Shown here piece after piece: positions 1 to 9,001 of a stretch of DNA of 64,000 bases. Origin of the DNA: a virus. The position numbers and the translations under genes are program-made. Numbering within the stretch: position 1 is the stretch's first letter; each line of letters begins with the position of its first letter. The DNA lies in IMG/VR virus record IMGVR_UViG_3300021168_000013, one strand, 5' to 3'. The notes below the pieces were generated by a model, which saw nothing but the letters and a program-made list of their open reading frames with translations, did no database searches and was not told the origin of the DNA.

Positions 1-333
1 AGCTGTCTTTACAATGCAATTGTTACTTCGGCTCAACCAATGTATGTTGTAAAATCGGAATTAATTCCTACAACACAATATTACGTAAGAGTACAAAATT
101 CAAACTTCAATTACACAAACAATCCAACATTTGTTTCGACTGGCAATGATGGCACTGGATTGACTAAAGGAACTATAAAAATTCCAGCATTGAGAAACAA
201 TCCTACCACATATATAACAACTGTTGGATTATATGATAATAATAATGAGTTGGTTGCCGTTGCTAAATTAAGTCAACCGTCGGCCAAAAGTTTTGATAAT
301 GAGTATTTAATCAAAGTTTCACTGGGATATTAA
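1..333 (+). CDS. Baseplate/tail structural protein, C-terminal part (5' truncated by window)
   Basis: Frame is open from base 1 (SCLYNAIVTSAQPM...). C-terminus YITTVGLYDNNNELVAVAKLSQP resembles the tail-collar-fibre (DUF3751-like) motif and is paralogous to the end of 2706..7247. Confidence 0.7.
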   Translation, partial: SCLYNAIVTSAQPMYVVKSELIPTTQYYVRVQNSNFNYTNNPTFVSTGNDGTGLTKGTIKIPALRNNPTTYITTVGLYDNNNELVAVAKLSQPSAKSFDNEYLIKVSLGY

Positions 334-390
334 AATAAGTACGTAATTCAGTAATTACCGCTTTGTTTGATTATATTCCAACAAATTTGC

Positions 391-397
391 TATTTAT
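391..397 (+). promoter_or_regulatory. Candidate late promoter TATTTAT
   Basis: First T is 18 nt before ATG 409. Confidence 0.5.
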
Positions 398-408
398 TTA
401 GTAAAGCA

Positions 409-2694
409 ATGATTAAATCTTTAGACAAAACTGATGTATTAAATACACCGTTTCAAGCAATAAAAAACTGGGAGGTTAATAATATTGATCCTTCTGATTT
501 GATATTGTGGATGTCTCAGTCCATAGATTTGAATTCTGGTATAACCTCTTCGTTAACTGGGGATATATCATTGACTTACATTGACTATGGTGATAATAGT
601 CCGGGATATCCCATCACAAACAGTAATTGTAATATTGCATTACAACAACAAACTGAAGGATATGTTACTTACCGAAAAGGTACAGTAAATCCAAATGTAT
701 TGTATCCTACCTCAAGTTTTTATACTTCTAATTTACCTAATTATGATGCGAAAACCAATCCGCAAAATATCGATAGGACGTATACAAATTTGATTTATAT
801 TGAAAATCAGCATTTGTTTTACAATAATTATAACAATTTCACTCAAACTTTTGGTATGGAATCTGCGGATTTGTCAACTACCAATAGATTGTTGACTAAT
901 ACTATGGACGTTTTTACGGTTCCTCAAAATAAATTTGGAAATAAGATTGTGCCACGAACTGTATTTATTGTTGATGATAGTCTGGATAAACCATATACTA
1001 TAATAGACGATGGAAACTGCAATTTAATTTTTTCAGGAAGCGTGTTCTCAACAATTGAGATAGATACGTTGTTGAATAGTATACAAAAGAGTTTGAATGC
1101 TTCTATATATTCATACGATGTGACTGGAAGTATAAGTGACACAATTTCTAATTTAGTTTTCAATACATTCGGTGCATTATCCAGAGTTAGTTCCTCTGTG
1201 ATATCCTCAACCATTTTAGGAGGAATAGCTCCGTATGATATAAACTGGTATGTTGTGGGAGATTATAGTGGATTATGGACTTTAACCTCTACCACTGGCC
1301 CCAACACTCGGGTAACTTATAACAACGTAGTATCGGCGACAAGTCCAGTATACTACACAAATACATATATTGTTTGTTTAGTAACTGATACCGCAGACAA
1401 CCAAATATTCTCAAATTTGATATATTTATCATCTGGAAGTATTCCATTTGTGCCTACTCCAATAACAGGAAGTCCAATCCCAACTAGTAGTGCATTCAAT
1501 CCTCCTCCTGCTCCACCCACAAACGAATTTCTACATATAGTAAATACTGGAATAAATACAGGAACTGATAACTCGGGAAATAAATACGATGAGAGTTATT
1601 TATTGTATAATTATGTGCCCGATCCAAATGTTGTGGTAAGTATTGCTGGACAATTAACTGATCTTACCCCATCTAGCAGTTATACAGGAATAAGAAACGG
1701 TTTATGGTATACTCCAGACACCTCAATCGCCAATTGGATAAGTCCTATTAGTCCATTGATTTCTGGTTTTTATGGAAACGAATATGCTGGAAATTTCACT
1801 TATAGAATTTATTTTGATCTAGTCACTCCTAATAATGTGGCGATAAATCCAAGTGGATTTGTATTAAACGGTAATTGGACAGTTGACGACACCGGCTCAA
1901 TATTGATAAATGGATCAGATACAGGAATAAGATTGACATCAGGAAGTGTTCCTGATTTCGAGTCCTTGTATTCATTTAGTATAACTGGCGGATTTGTTTC
2001 TGGAAGAAATTATATCGATTTTAATTTATGGAATATCTGGCCATCTGGATCAACTATATATGGCACATTTGCAAATTCAACCGGTCTATTAGTGGAATTT
2101 GATCCAACAAATGCTTTGATTTTAACAGGAACACCACCTTCTGAAATAAATCAGAGTAGTGATACTACTGTGGTAGTCGGTAGCCCAATTAGCTTGTATG
2201 GAAATTTTGCTGGTAGCCAACCTATATCATATCAATGGTATTTTGATGACAATATAATAGCTAATGCAAATTCATCTACATATACAAAACCGTTCAGTCA
2301 ATTTTCTGATGTCGGGAGTTATACCTTGAGTGCATCAAATGCTTTCGGAAATGCATCAACGGCTCCAATTAATCTATCTGTTATAAACCCACAATTACCA
2401 CAAGTCACGTTTGCTCCACCATCAGGAACAACTATTAACACAGCAAGTGTATATATTAATTGTCCAAGTTATCCATTTGTGACTATTTATTATTCATATA
2501 CGGTGTTTTATTCAAATGGATTTGTATTTAATTCAGATATAATTACAGGTTCAGTTGGGGCAGTTACTTTTGGTGGAATATCATCTGTAAATGTATCACA
2601 ATATCAGATAGCAAATGCATACGCATCATATAATGGGTATATCAATAGCGTGCCTGTTTTTGGATATTGGCCCGGAGGAAATATTTTAGGATAA
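409..2694 (+). CDS. Virion adhesion/baseplate protein with jelly-roll (lectin-like), Ig I-set and Fn3/chitobiase-like C-terminal domains
   Basis: ATG 409 preferred over the track TTG 367. Ig motif SQPISYQWYF...GSYTLSASNAFG; C-terminal LPQVTFAPPSG...TIYYS; WISP...FTYRIYFDL...WTVDD...ILING jelly-roll-like segment. Confidence 0.65.
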   Translation: MIKSLDKTDVLNTPFQAIKNWEVNNIDPSDLILWMSQSIDLNSGITSSLTGDISLTYIDYGDNSPGYPITNSNCNIALQQQTEGYVTYRKGTVNPNVLYPTSSFYTSNLPNYDAKTNPQNIDRTYTNLIYIENQHLFYNNYNNFTQTFGMESADLSTTNRLLTNTMDVFTVPQNKFGNKIVPRTVFIVDDSLDKPYTIIDDGNCNLIFSGSVFSTIEIDTLLNSIQKSLNASIYSYDVTGSISDTISNLVFNTFGALSRVSSSVISSTILGGIAPYDINWYVVGDYSGLWTLTSTTGPNTRVTYNNVVSATSPVYYTNTYIVCLVTDTADNQIFSNLIYLSSGSIPFVPTPITGSPIPTSSAFNPPPAPPTNEFLHIVNTGINTGTDNSGNKYDESYLLYNYVPDPNVVVSIAGQLTDLTPSSSYTGIRNGLWYTPDTSIANWISPISPLISGFYGNEYAGNFTYRIYFDLVTPNNVAINPSGFVLNGNWTVDDTGSILINGSDTGIRLTSGSVPDFESLYSFSITGGFVSGRNYIDFNLWNIWPSGSTIYGTFANSTGLLVEFDPTNALILTGTPPSEINQSSDTTVVVGSPISLYGNFAGSQPISYQWYFDDNIIANANSSTYTKPFSQFSDVGSYTLSASNAFGNASTAPINLSVINPQLPQVTFAPPSGTTINTASVYINCPSYPFVTIYYSYTVFYSNGFVFNSDIITGSVGAVTFGGISSVNVSQYQIANAYASYNGYINSVPVFGYWPGGNILG

Positions 2695-2705
2695 GATTAC
2701 AATAA

Positions 2706-5700
2706 ATGAACACATTTAATGTTTTAATAGTTGGCAATTTCGACAACGACATACGAGGAGATAGCGCACTATACTTACTTAGTGAGGTTGCTCCATATAC
2801 ATGCAATGTGTACTTTACTGGAACTGGAAGTACCAGTCCTTCTGCTTCATACACTACTCCAGTTGATATACATTTATCTGGTGTTGTTGCAGCCAGTGGT
2901 AGTATATCATCGGGATCACAATTGTTTTATTCAGGATCGGGATCTACAGTATATAGGAATCCTAGTTTTTATGGAAAATCTTTTAACCAATTCAATCCAA
3001 CATTCCCCTCGGTGGACATATCATATGTTAGTGCTTGGACGAATATTCCGACACAAAGTGTATGGTCATATACATCTCCAACATATTTAATAACTCCTAG
3101 ACACGTATTAACATCTACTCAGTTTGCTACTGGTATAGGTCAATCAGGAAGTGTTAAACCAACGGATCGACGAACAATTACGTTTGTTGGGCCTGATAAT
3201 GTAGTGTATACAAAAACCGTGGTATCGGCATCTACGGTGTGGACAAATAATCCTATAACATGGGATAATGCCAGTGGATTGGGGAATAATGGAGTGTCCG
3301 GCTCAACTGATTATACCGTATATCTATTGGATTCAGCAGTAACAGCTTCCATTTCTCCAGTTAAAATTTTACCAGTAAACGTAGACCCAAATATTATAAC
3401 GGCGTTGGGAACAGGCGCAATCCCTATATATAAATCAAATCAAGATTTAAGACAAATGTCGGTTGGAGTATCATACTTATTAAATTTAAATACCAATTTT
3501 GAGTATCAAAATATTGTCCATGATTCATCGAATGTTAATAGGAATTCCACATGGCAGGGAGTTACTACGGGTGATGCAGGTAACCCAATATTTATACAGA
3601 CTCAATCGGGTTCAGTTGCCTTGGGTCACATAACGTATTTGTCTGGGGTTGGTGATGGAACAGGAGGAATGGGAAAACCTTTATTTAGAATTCAAAACGA
3701 AATAAACGGGGTAATCAATTTGTTGTCACCAAGTCAGGGATATTCGGTAACGACATCCTCATTAGCATATCAAGATTTATTAAATGAGGGGTATATTAGT
3801 TTAAATCAGCACATAACATCTCTTGGATGGAGTGGTAATCATAGTGCATTGTTATATACCGCAAGTATTTCAACTGCTCCAAGTATAGACTGTATTATAT
3901 TACATGCATTAAATGGTGATTGGAATAATCATATTGATGGAGTGTTGAGTGCCAGTAACGTTGGTATACCAGTATTTACACAACATTATAATGATGTATC
4001 ACAATCGGTACGAGTTGGTGAATTTTATGGATTTGCTCCATCCATGAACATTGGATGGGGTGGATTTACATCTAATAATAGTGGGTCTTATGGACCTGAA
4101 TTGGAATTTTTTGACACTGCTATCGAGGGATCAAATTTGTCAGCATCTATCTTATTATATGGAGATTCTTCTGGGTTACTAGAAACTGAAAATTTTATAT
4201 ATCTAGACAATAATGATGTAGGAACGAATGAACTTAATGCGGTGGCCTCAACTACTGGAAAATATTTGAATTTAATTCAAGCGTTAAGCTCTAGTTTTTC
4301 TACCAATGTAGGTGGACAAAACTACAATCTATATACAAACTATAATAATTATTTAATCACTAATAATACACAATTAAGAAAACAATTTAATTTTGACATT
4401 AGACAGTATTTAAGACAGGCATCGTCATTTTATTCAAGTAGCTGGACTCCTACAGAGGGATATGGAATGATTCAAATTAGGAATTTGGCGGGAAGTTCAC
4501 AAATAATGCCAAATTTAACATCCAGTTTCAATTATACTAATTTGGGAGTGGGAACTCCATTGTATATAAATGTTACCGGGTCAAATGCTGAAGGAATTTT
4601 TATTTTCTCATGGGTAAATTTTGCTCAATCCGGATATCAAAGCACTAAGATATCAATAAATGGCATAACTATATATGAAGGAAGCGATTCCACATTTACG
4701 TGGACACCCAATATTACTACAACCAATGCGGTGGTTACATTTCAGACCACGTTAATAAATGGATTACAATCTTATCCGGAGTTAAATTCAATAATAACAT
4801 TGGGGCCATTAAATTCTGAATCAGGAGTATTTTCAAAACTCTGGTATGGATATAGTTGTGCAACCAACGGAACATATGTTGCAATCAGTAGTGTAAACAA
4901 TAAATTCGGGTTTGAGTCTGGTATAGTTGATATATTAGTTTATAATCCGGTAACCAATACATATGAAAACAGTTTCTTGATTAAAAAACTAATTAACCCA
5001 TCTAATTACTCATTGATATTAACCGCTGAGGATAATACCATAGATGTAACTGGCAGTTCTGATAGTGGGTCTTTTATAACAACGGAAACTTCATCTTCAT
5101 ATAGTGTGTACACTCAATTAGTTGTGGGTACTGAACAGTCTGGGTCAACAGAACCTCACCAAGAATTGCAGACCGAATCTGGTATAGATTTATATGCTGA
5201 TACACAATTTTTACCAATATCGGATGATCCTCTTGATTTGGAAGTAGAATCTGTATTGAATTTGATAACATTTTATTCCGATAATTTCGGTAAATCGCTA
5301 TCATTGTTTAATAATTTACTTGCTGTTGGTTGTCCAGAAACGGAAGTTATTTTCACAAACGGACAACTATATGTTGGTGGAAGTGTGGAAATTTTTGATT
5401 TATCCATGTGGGTGGCTGGCCAACCTTATTATTCCACTGCTTCATTGTCTATAGATAATGATGTTAATTTTGGAGAGAGTGTTTCGTTTTCTCAATTAAC
5501 ATCCGTTACAAGTTCATTATTCTTGGCTGTTGGATCGAGTACGGCTTTTGCTGGATATGGTGCTGTGTATATTTATATGAGAAGCGGTGGAGATAGTACT
5601 GCATGGGATTTGAAACAAACCATATATGGGCCTACCAGTGGAAGTTTCTTTGGTGGCAGTGTTAAGTTTGAACAAAGTGGTATGGATTATACATTAGTTG

Positions 5701-7247
5701 TAGGGAACTCGAATAAAGTCAATAATCAGACTGGTGTGTATATTTATAATTATTACAATGGAACTTGGACATTAAGTACCACGTTATATCCAAATGATGC
5801 TATTCCACAAACATTGCCATACTTAAATAATGCAGTTCCAATAATATTACCTAATAACTGTGATGGATTTGGTAATTCTGTGGCAATATATGGAAACAAT
5901 ATTGTGGTTGGTGCTCCAACAGATACCGTTTATTTGGAGTTCTTGGGGGGGAATTCAATAACACGCGGTGCAGTATATTTCTACAATAGATGTTCACCCA
6001 CAAACAATTACTGGCAGTTTGTACAAAAATCTTGGGGTGATCATGAAACTCTAGTGAACAACAATTTTGGATTTTCAGTTGACATGTATAATGATATGGC
6101 TATCGTTGCTGTACCTAAAAATAATGTTAATTTGACGGCTAATTATATAGTCAATACTCTGTATAAGAAATTTGATTGTAATCCTAATGATTCATATTTT
6201 AACACATTGGGTCAAGTTATATTATATGAATATGACACCTCATCCAGTTTATGGGACGTATATTATACCCAACAAAAGATCAAAGACTATGGATATCCTT
6301 ATCTAAATTATGGTTATTGTGTTGCCATTTACAATCAGATATTCGTGGTTGGTGCCCCGTGCTTTATATCCGATTATCAATTATTGACTGTCAATTTCAA
6401 TACTAATATACAAGGCTACTCGTATATTTACAACCTAAATAATCTGGTGTCAAATATCCCAGTGGGTAATGTATTTTATAGAGACGGTGTAATTATTCTA
6501 TCAAATAGTGGATCAATATTTGATAGTCTTATGAAAAACAAATATGACAATAGATATTCATATTATGATTTATCATATAACAGCGCAATGACATTACATG
6601 AAAAGCAAATAGTTTGCACAATCAATCCGGGAGAATTCAATTACAGTACTAATCCAACTTCATTGGTGAATAATAGTTATTTCAATTTTCAAAACATTGA
6701 TTTGATGTTGAAATATATCAGTTCAAAGGTAAATAACGGTGATGTCGATTGGTGGAATTATCTCAACTTTAATGTAGTAGAGCAATCGTTGTTTAATATG
6801 TACACGGAGAACTATAACATATACAATAACACCATTAATCCCTATATCACTTCTCTATCAAGTTCTTATGCTAGTTGGGATGTTGATGGTAATAGTAAAA
6901 TCAATAAAAACGACATGACATTGATTTGGAAGTATTTTACCAATACATTGACTCAAAACGATGTATTTGCCTGTGTCGAACCAAAATCAACGAGAAAAAC
7001 GTTGACTGCTATTCAGAATTACATTGAAACTGTTGTTATCGTACAACAATACGGTCAGATTAATCCATTATTCTTCCAATATGATTATAGCAGTTCTATT
7101 GATAGGACTGGTAGTTATTTGGCTCCATACATAACTGCTATTGGACTATATAACGGTTCAGATATGGTTGGTGTGGCTAAGTTAGCCAAGCCAATTAAAA
7201 ATGGTGGTGAGTTTCCTTTAAATATTTTAGTAAAATGGGATTTCTAA
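2706..7247 (+). CDS. Large baseplate-associated protein: trypsin-like and subtilase-like remnants, FG-GAP beta-propeller, dockerin/EF-hand-like loop, tail-collar-like C-terminus
   Basis: ITPRHVLT and GDAGNP; SGSYGPELEF and EGYGMIQ; repeated FGxSV/AVG/GAVY blades; WDVDGNSKINKND; YITAIGLYNGSDMVGVAKLAKP. Confidence 0.7.
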   Translation: MNTFNVLIVGNFDNDIRGDSALYLLSEVAPYTCNVYFTGTGSTSPSASYTTPVDIHLSGVVAASGSISSGSQLFYSGSGSTVYRNPSFYGKSFNQFNPTFPSVDISYVSAWTNIPTQSVWSYTSPTYLITPRHVLTSTQFATGIGQSGSVKPTDRRTITFVGPDNVVYTKTVVSASTVWTNNPITWDNASGLGNNGVSGSTDYTVYLLDSAVTASISPVKILPVNVDPNIITALGTGAIPIYKSNQDLRQMSVGVSYLLNLNTNFEYQNIVHDSSNVNRNSTWQGVTTGDAGNPIFIQTQSGSVALGHITYLSGVGDGTGGMGKPLFRIQNEINGVINLLSPSQGYSVTTSSLAYQDLLNEGYISLNQHITSLGWSGNHSALLYTASISTAPSIDCIILHALNGDWNNHIDGVLSASNVGIPVFTQHYNDVSQSVRVGEFYGFAPSMNIGWGGFTSNNSGSYGPELEFFDTAIEGSNLSASILLYGDSSGLLETENFIYLDNNDVGTNELNAVASTTGKYLNLIQALSSSFSTNVGGQNYNLYTNYNNYLITNNTQLRKQFNFDIRQYLRQASSFYSSSWTPTEGYGMIQIRNLAGSSQIMPNLTSSFNYTNLGVGTPLYINVTGSNAEGIFIFSWVNFAQSGYQSTKISINGITIYEGSDSTFTWTPNITTTNAVVTFQTTLINGLQSYPELNSIITLGPLNSESGVFSKLWYGYSCATNGTYVAISSVNNKFGFESGIVDILVYNPVTNTYENSFLIKKLINPSNYSLILTAEDNTIDVTGSSDSGSFITTETSSSYSVYTQLVVGTEQSGSTEPHQELQTESGIDLYADTQFLPISDDPLDLEVESVLNLITFYSDNFGKSLSLFNNLLAVGCPETEVIFTNGQLYVGGSVEIFDLSMWVAGQPYYSTASLSIDNDVNFGESVSFSQLTSVTSSLFLAVGSSTAFAGYGAVYIYMRSGGDSTAWDLKQTIYGPTSGSFFGGSVKFEQSGMDYTLVVGNSNKVNNQTGVYIYNYYNGTWTLSTTLYPNDAIPQTLPYLNNAVPIILPNNCDGFGNSVAIYGNNIVVGAPTDTVYLEFLGGNSITRGAVYFYNRCSPTNNYWQFVQKSWGDHETLVNNNFGFSVDMYNDMAIVAVPKNNVNLTANYIVNTLYKKFDCNPNDSYFNTLGQVILYEYDTSSSLWDVYYTQQKIKDYGYPYLNYGYCVAIYNQIFVVGAPCFISDYQLLTVNFNTNIQGYSYIYNLNNLVSNIPVGNVFYRDGVIILSNSGSIFDSLMKNKYDNRYSYYDLSYNSAMTLHEKQIVCTINPGEFNYSTNPTSLVNNSYFNFQNIDLMLKYISSKVNNGDVDWWNYLNFNVVEQSLFNMYTENYNIYNNTINPYITSLSSSYASWDVDGNSKINKNDMTLIWKYFTNTLTQNDVFACVEPKSTRKTLTAIQNYIETVVIVQQYGQINPLFFQYDYSSSIDRTGSYLAPYITAIGLYNGSDMVGVAKLAKPIKNGGEFPLNILVKWDF

Positions 7248-7250
7248 TCA

Positions 7251-7258
7251 TATTTATA
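7251..7258 (+). promoter_or_regulatory. Candidate late promoter TATTTATA
   Basis: 27 nt before ATG 7278, with AAGGA RBS in between. Confidence 0.6.
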
Positions 7259-7277
7259 ATAAAGGATAACTAATATT

Positions 7278-7559
7278 ATGGCAGACCCAAAAAGACCCTC
7301 AACTACAATATCATTGGCCGACAGATACGCCTCACAGAAGGTTGGAGGAGCGTATAATGCCAAATTGGCAGGAACATCTACTGATTTTTCGCCACAAGCA
7401 TCACGGTACGACACTACGGGTAATTTCGTGGTAGATCAGCAATTAGGAGTTTCTAATTTCAAAGGAACAACCAATCAGAATTACAAAGAAATATCCTTAT
7501 TGGCTCAAGGTTTAAGTAATTATAAATACGATCCAAGTGGCGGACCACTTAATTATTAA
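7278..7559 (+). CDS. Hypothetical late protein (93 aa)
   Basis: Late motif plus AAGGA RBS; no recognisable domain. Confidence 0.75.
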   Translation: MADPKRPSTTISLADRYASQKVGGAYNAKLAGTSTDFSPQASRYDTTGNFVVDQQLGVSNFKGTTNQNYKEISLLAQGLSNYKYDPSGGPLNY

Positions 7560-7956
7560 TAGTTTTTCGGATTCTTACTCTTCCTCCTACATACTCATTA
7601 TAATAGCTATTGTCATATAAGGCATTAGCTATTATTATTTGTTTCATTTCTTCGTAACTTAATTCGGATTTACTATTACACCACGATAATATTTCAAATT
7701 TGAAGTTTTCTTTACCAATCTTAGTGATATCATCATTCAACTGATTACAAGACCCTGTATACGTTTTCCAATCAGATTCTTTAGTTCCACGGCGTTTATT
7801 AGTTCTTCCCTTAAGTGGCTTTTTTGATGTTTTGAACTTTAAGAGCTTCTTTCCAATGTACTTCCTGTCATTAACTAAATTATGGATTTCATATATAAAT
7901 CCAATACATTCAGTTGGTGGTTCACCGATAACATTCGTCCAATGGCCATAATTCAT
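7549..7956 (-). CDS. GIY-YIG family endonuclease (short, Seg-like)
   Basis: GFIYEIHNLVNDRKYIGKK...WKTYTGS...GKENFKFEIL...YYN. Confidence 0.85.
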   Translation of the reverse strand: MNYGHWTNVIGEPPTECIGFIYEIHNLVNDRKYIGKKLLKFKTSKKPLKGRTNKRRGTKESDWKTYTGSCNQLNDDITKIGKENFKFEILSWCNSKSELSYEEMKQIIIANALYDNSYYNEYVGGRVRIRKTINN

Positions 7957-7967
7957 ATTATAATAAC

Positions 7968-7996
7968 TTTACATTTAAGCGTTTTTAATATATAGT
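7968..7996 (+). promoter_or_regulatory. Sigma70-type promoter of the primase gene
   Basis: TTTACA (7968-73), 17-nt spacer, TATAGT (7991-96). Confidence 0.65.
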
Positions 7997-8003
7997 ATTT
8001 TAA

Positions 8004-8951
8004 ATGTCATTGCAGCAAGAAAACACGTTATCGATTTTAAATAAAGTATTGAAGCAAACACCCAAATTAAGAAAAGGTGGAACTCAGGCCATATACTATT
8101 GTGTAAAATGCCATCATTATAAACGGAAACTTGAGATCAATTTGGTTACGGGTCAATATCATTGTTGGATTTGCAATTTCGCTGGAAAAAGCATTAAATC
8201 AATTTTACGCAACCTCAATGCACCAAAAGAATATTATAATAAGGTCGTGGAAGAACGTAAGGCATGTTCCGATGAAACATTAAACGCCTTGTTTGATACA
8301 CAAAAAAAAGAACATATAATCAATGTTTTACCGAACGACTTTCAATCTTTGACAGAATATAATAAGTCCATTGAATATACCCATGCGATGCATTATCTTA
8401 AAAAACGCAATGTAACTGAATATGACATTTATCGATATAATATAGGATATTGCACCGAAGGTAAATATAAAAACCGAGTAATTATACCATCGTATGATAT
8501 TGACGGGAACTTGAACTTTTTTTCAGGTAGAGATTTCTTCGGTACATCTTGGTTAAAATATGTAAACTGTGAATTTAATAAGAATATAATCGGCTTTGAA
8601 TTGACTGTTGACTTTGATAATCCGATTATATTGGTGGAATCCCCATTTAATGCGATTACGATTAAACGAAATACAATTCCATTGTTTGGGAAGACGGTAT
8701 CCAAAAAATTATATACAAGAATGATGGAAAAGAGAACCAAAGATGTTTACATATGTCTTGACAGTGATGCGGGAAAAGATGCTATAAGAATCGCTGAGAG
8801 ATTGATTAAGTTAGGAATCACTCCATATATAGTTGATCTCGATGGTGGGAAAGATCCAAATGAAATTGGTTATGATGCTACATGGAAATGTATTAATAAA
8901 GCTAAACTGGTGGATTTCTCATATTTAATGAACATAAAATTAAATATATAA
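8004..8951 (+). CDS. DNA primase (Zn-binding domain + TOPRIM)
   Basis: CVKC...HCWIC zinc motif; RVIIP...FFSGR; TOPRIM ESPFNA...LFG...CLDSDA...KDPNE. Confidence 0.9.
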   Translation: MSLQQENTLSILNKVLKQTPKLRKGGTQAIYYCVKCHHYKRKLEINLVTGQYHCWICNFAGKSIKSILRNLNAPKEYYNKVVEERKACSDETLNALFDTQKKEHIINVLPNDFQSLTEYNKSIEYTHAMHYLKKRNVTEYDIYRYNIGYCTEGKYKNRVIIPSYDIDGNLNFFSGRDFFGTSWLKYVNCEFNKNIIGFELTVDFDNPIILVESPFNAITIKRNTIPLFGKTVSKKLYTRMMEKRTKDVYICLDSDAGKDAIRIAERLIKLGITPYIVDLDGGKDPNEIGYDATWKCINKAKLVDFSYLMNIKLNI

Positions 8952-8953
8952 AC

Positions 8954-8982
8954 TAGACAACGTGAGGAATTTGTGTTACAAT
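8954..8982 (+). promoter_or_regulatory. Sigma70-type promoter with extended -10
   Basis: TAGACA (8954-59), 17 nt, TACAAT (8977-82), preceded by TGn. Confidence 0.7.
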
Positions 8983-9001
8983 AAGTTGACATACTAGACT
9001 C

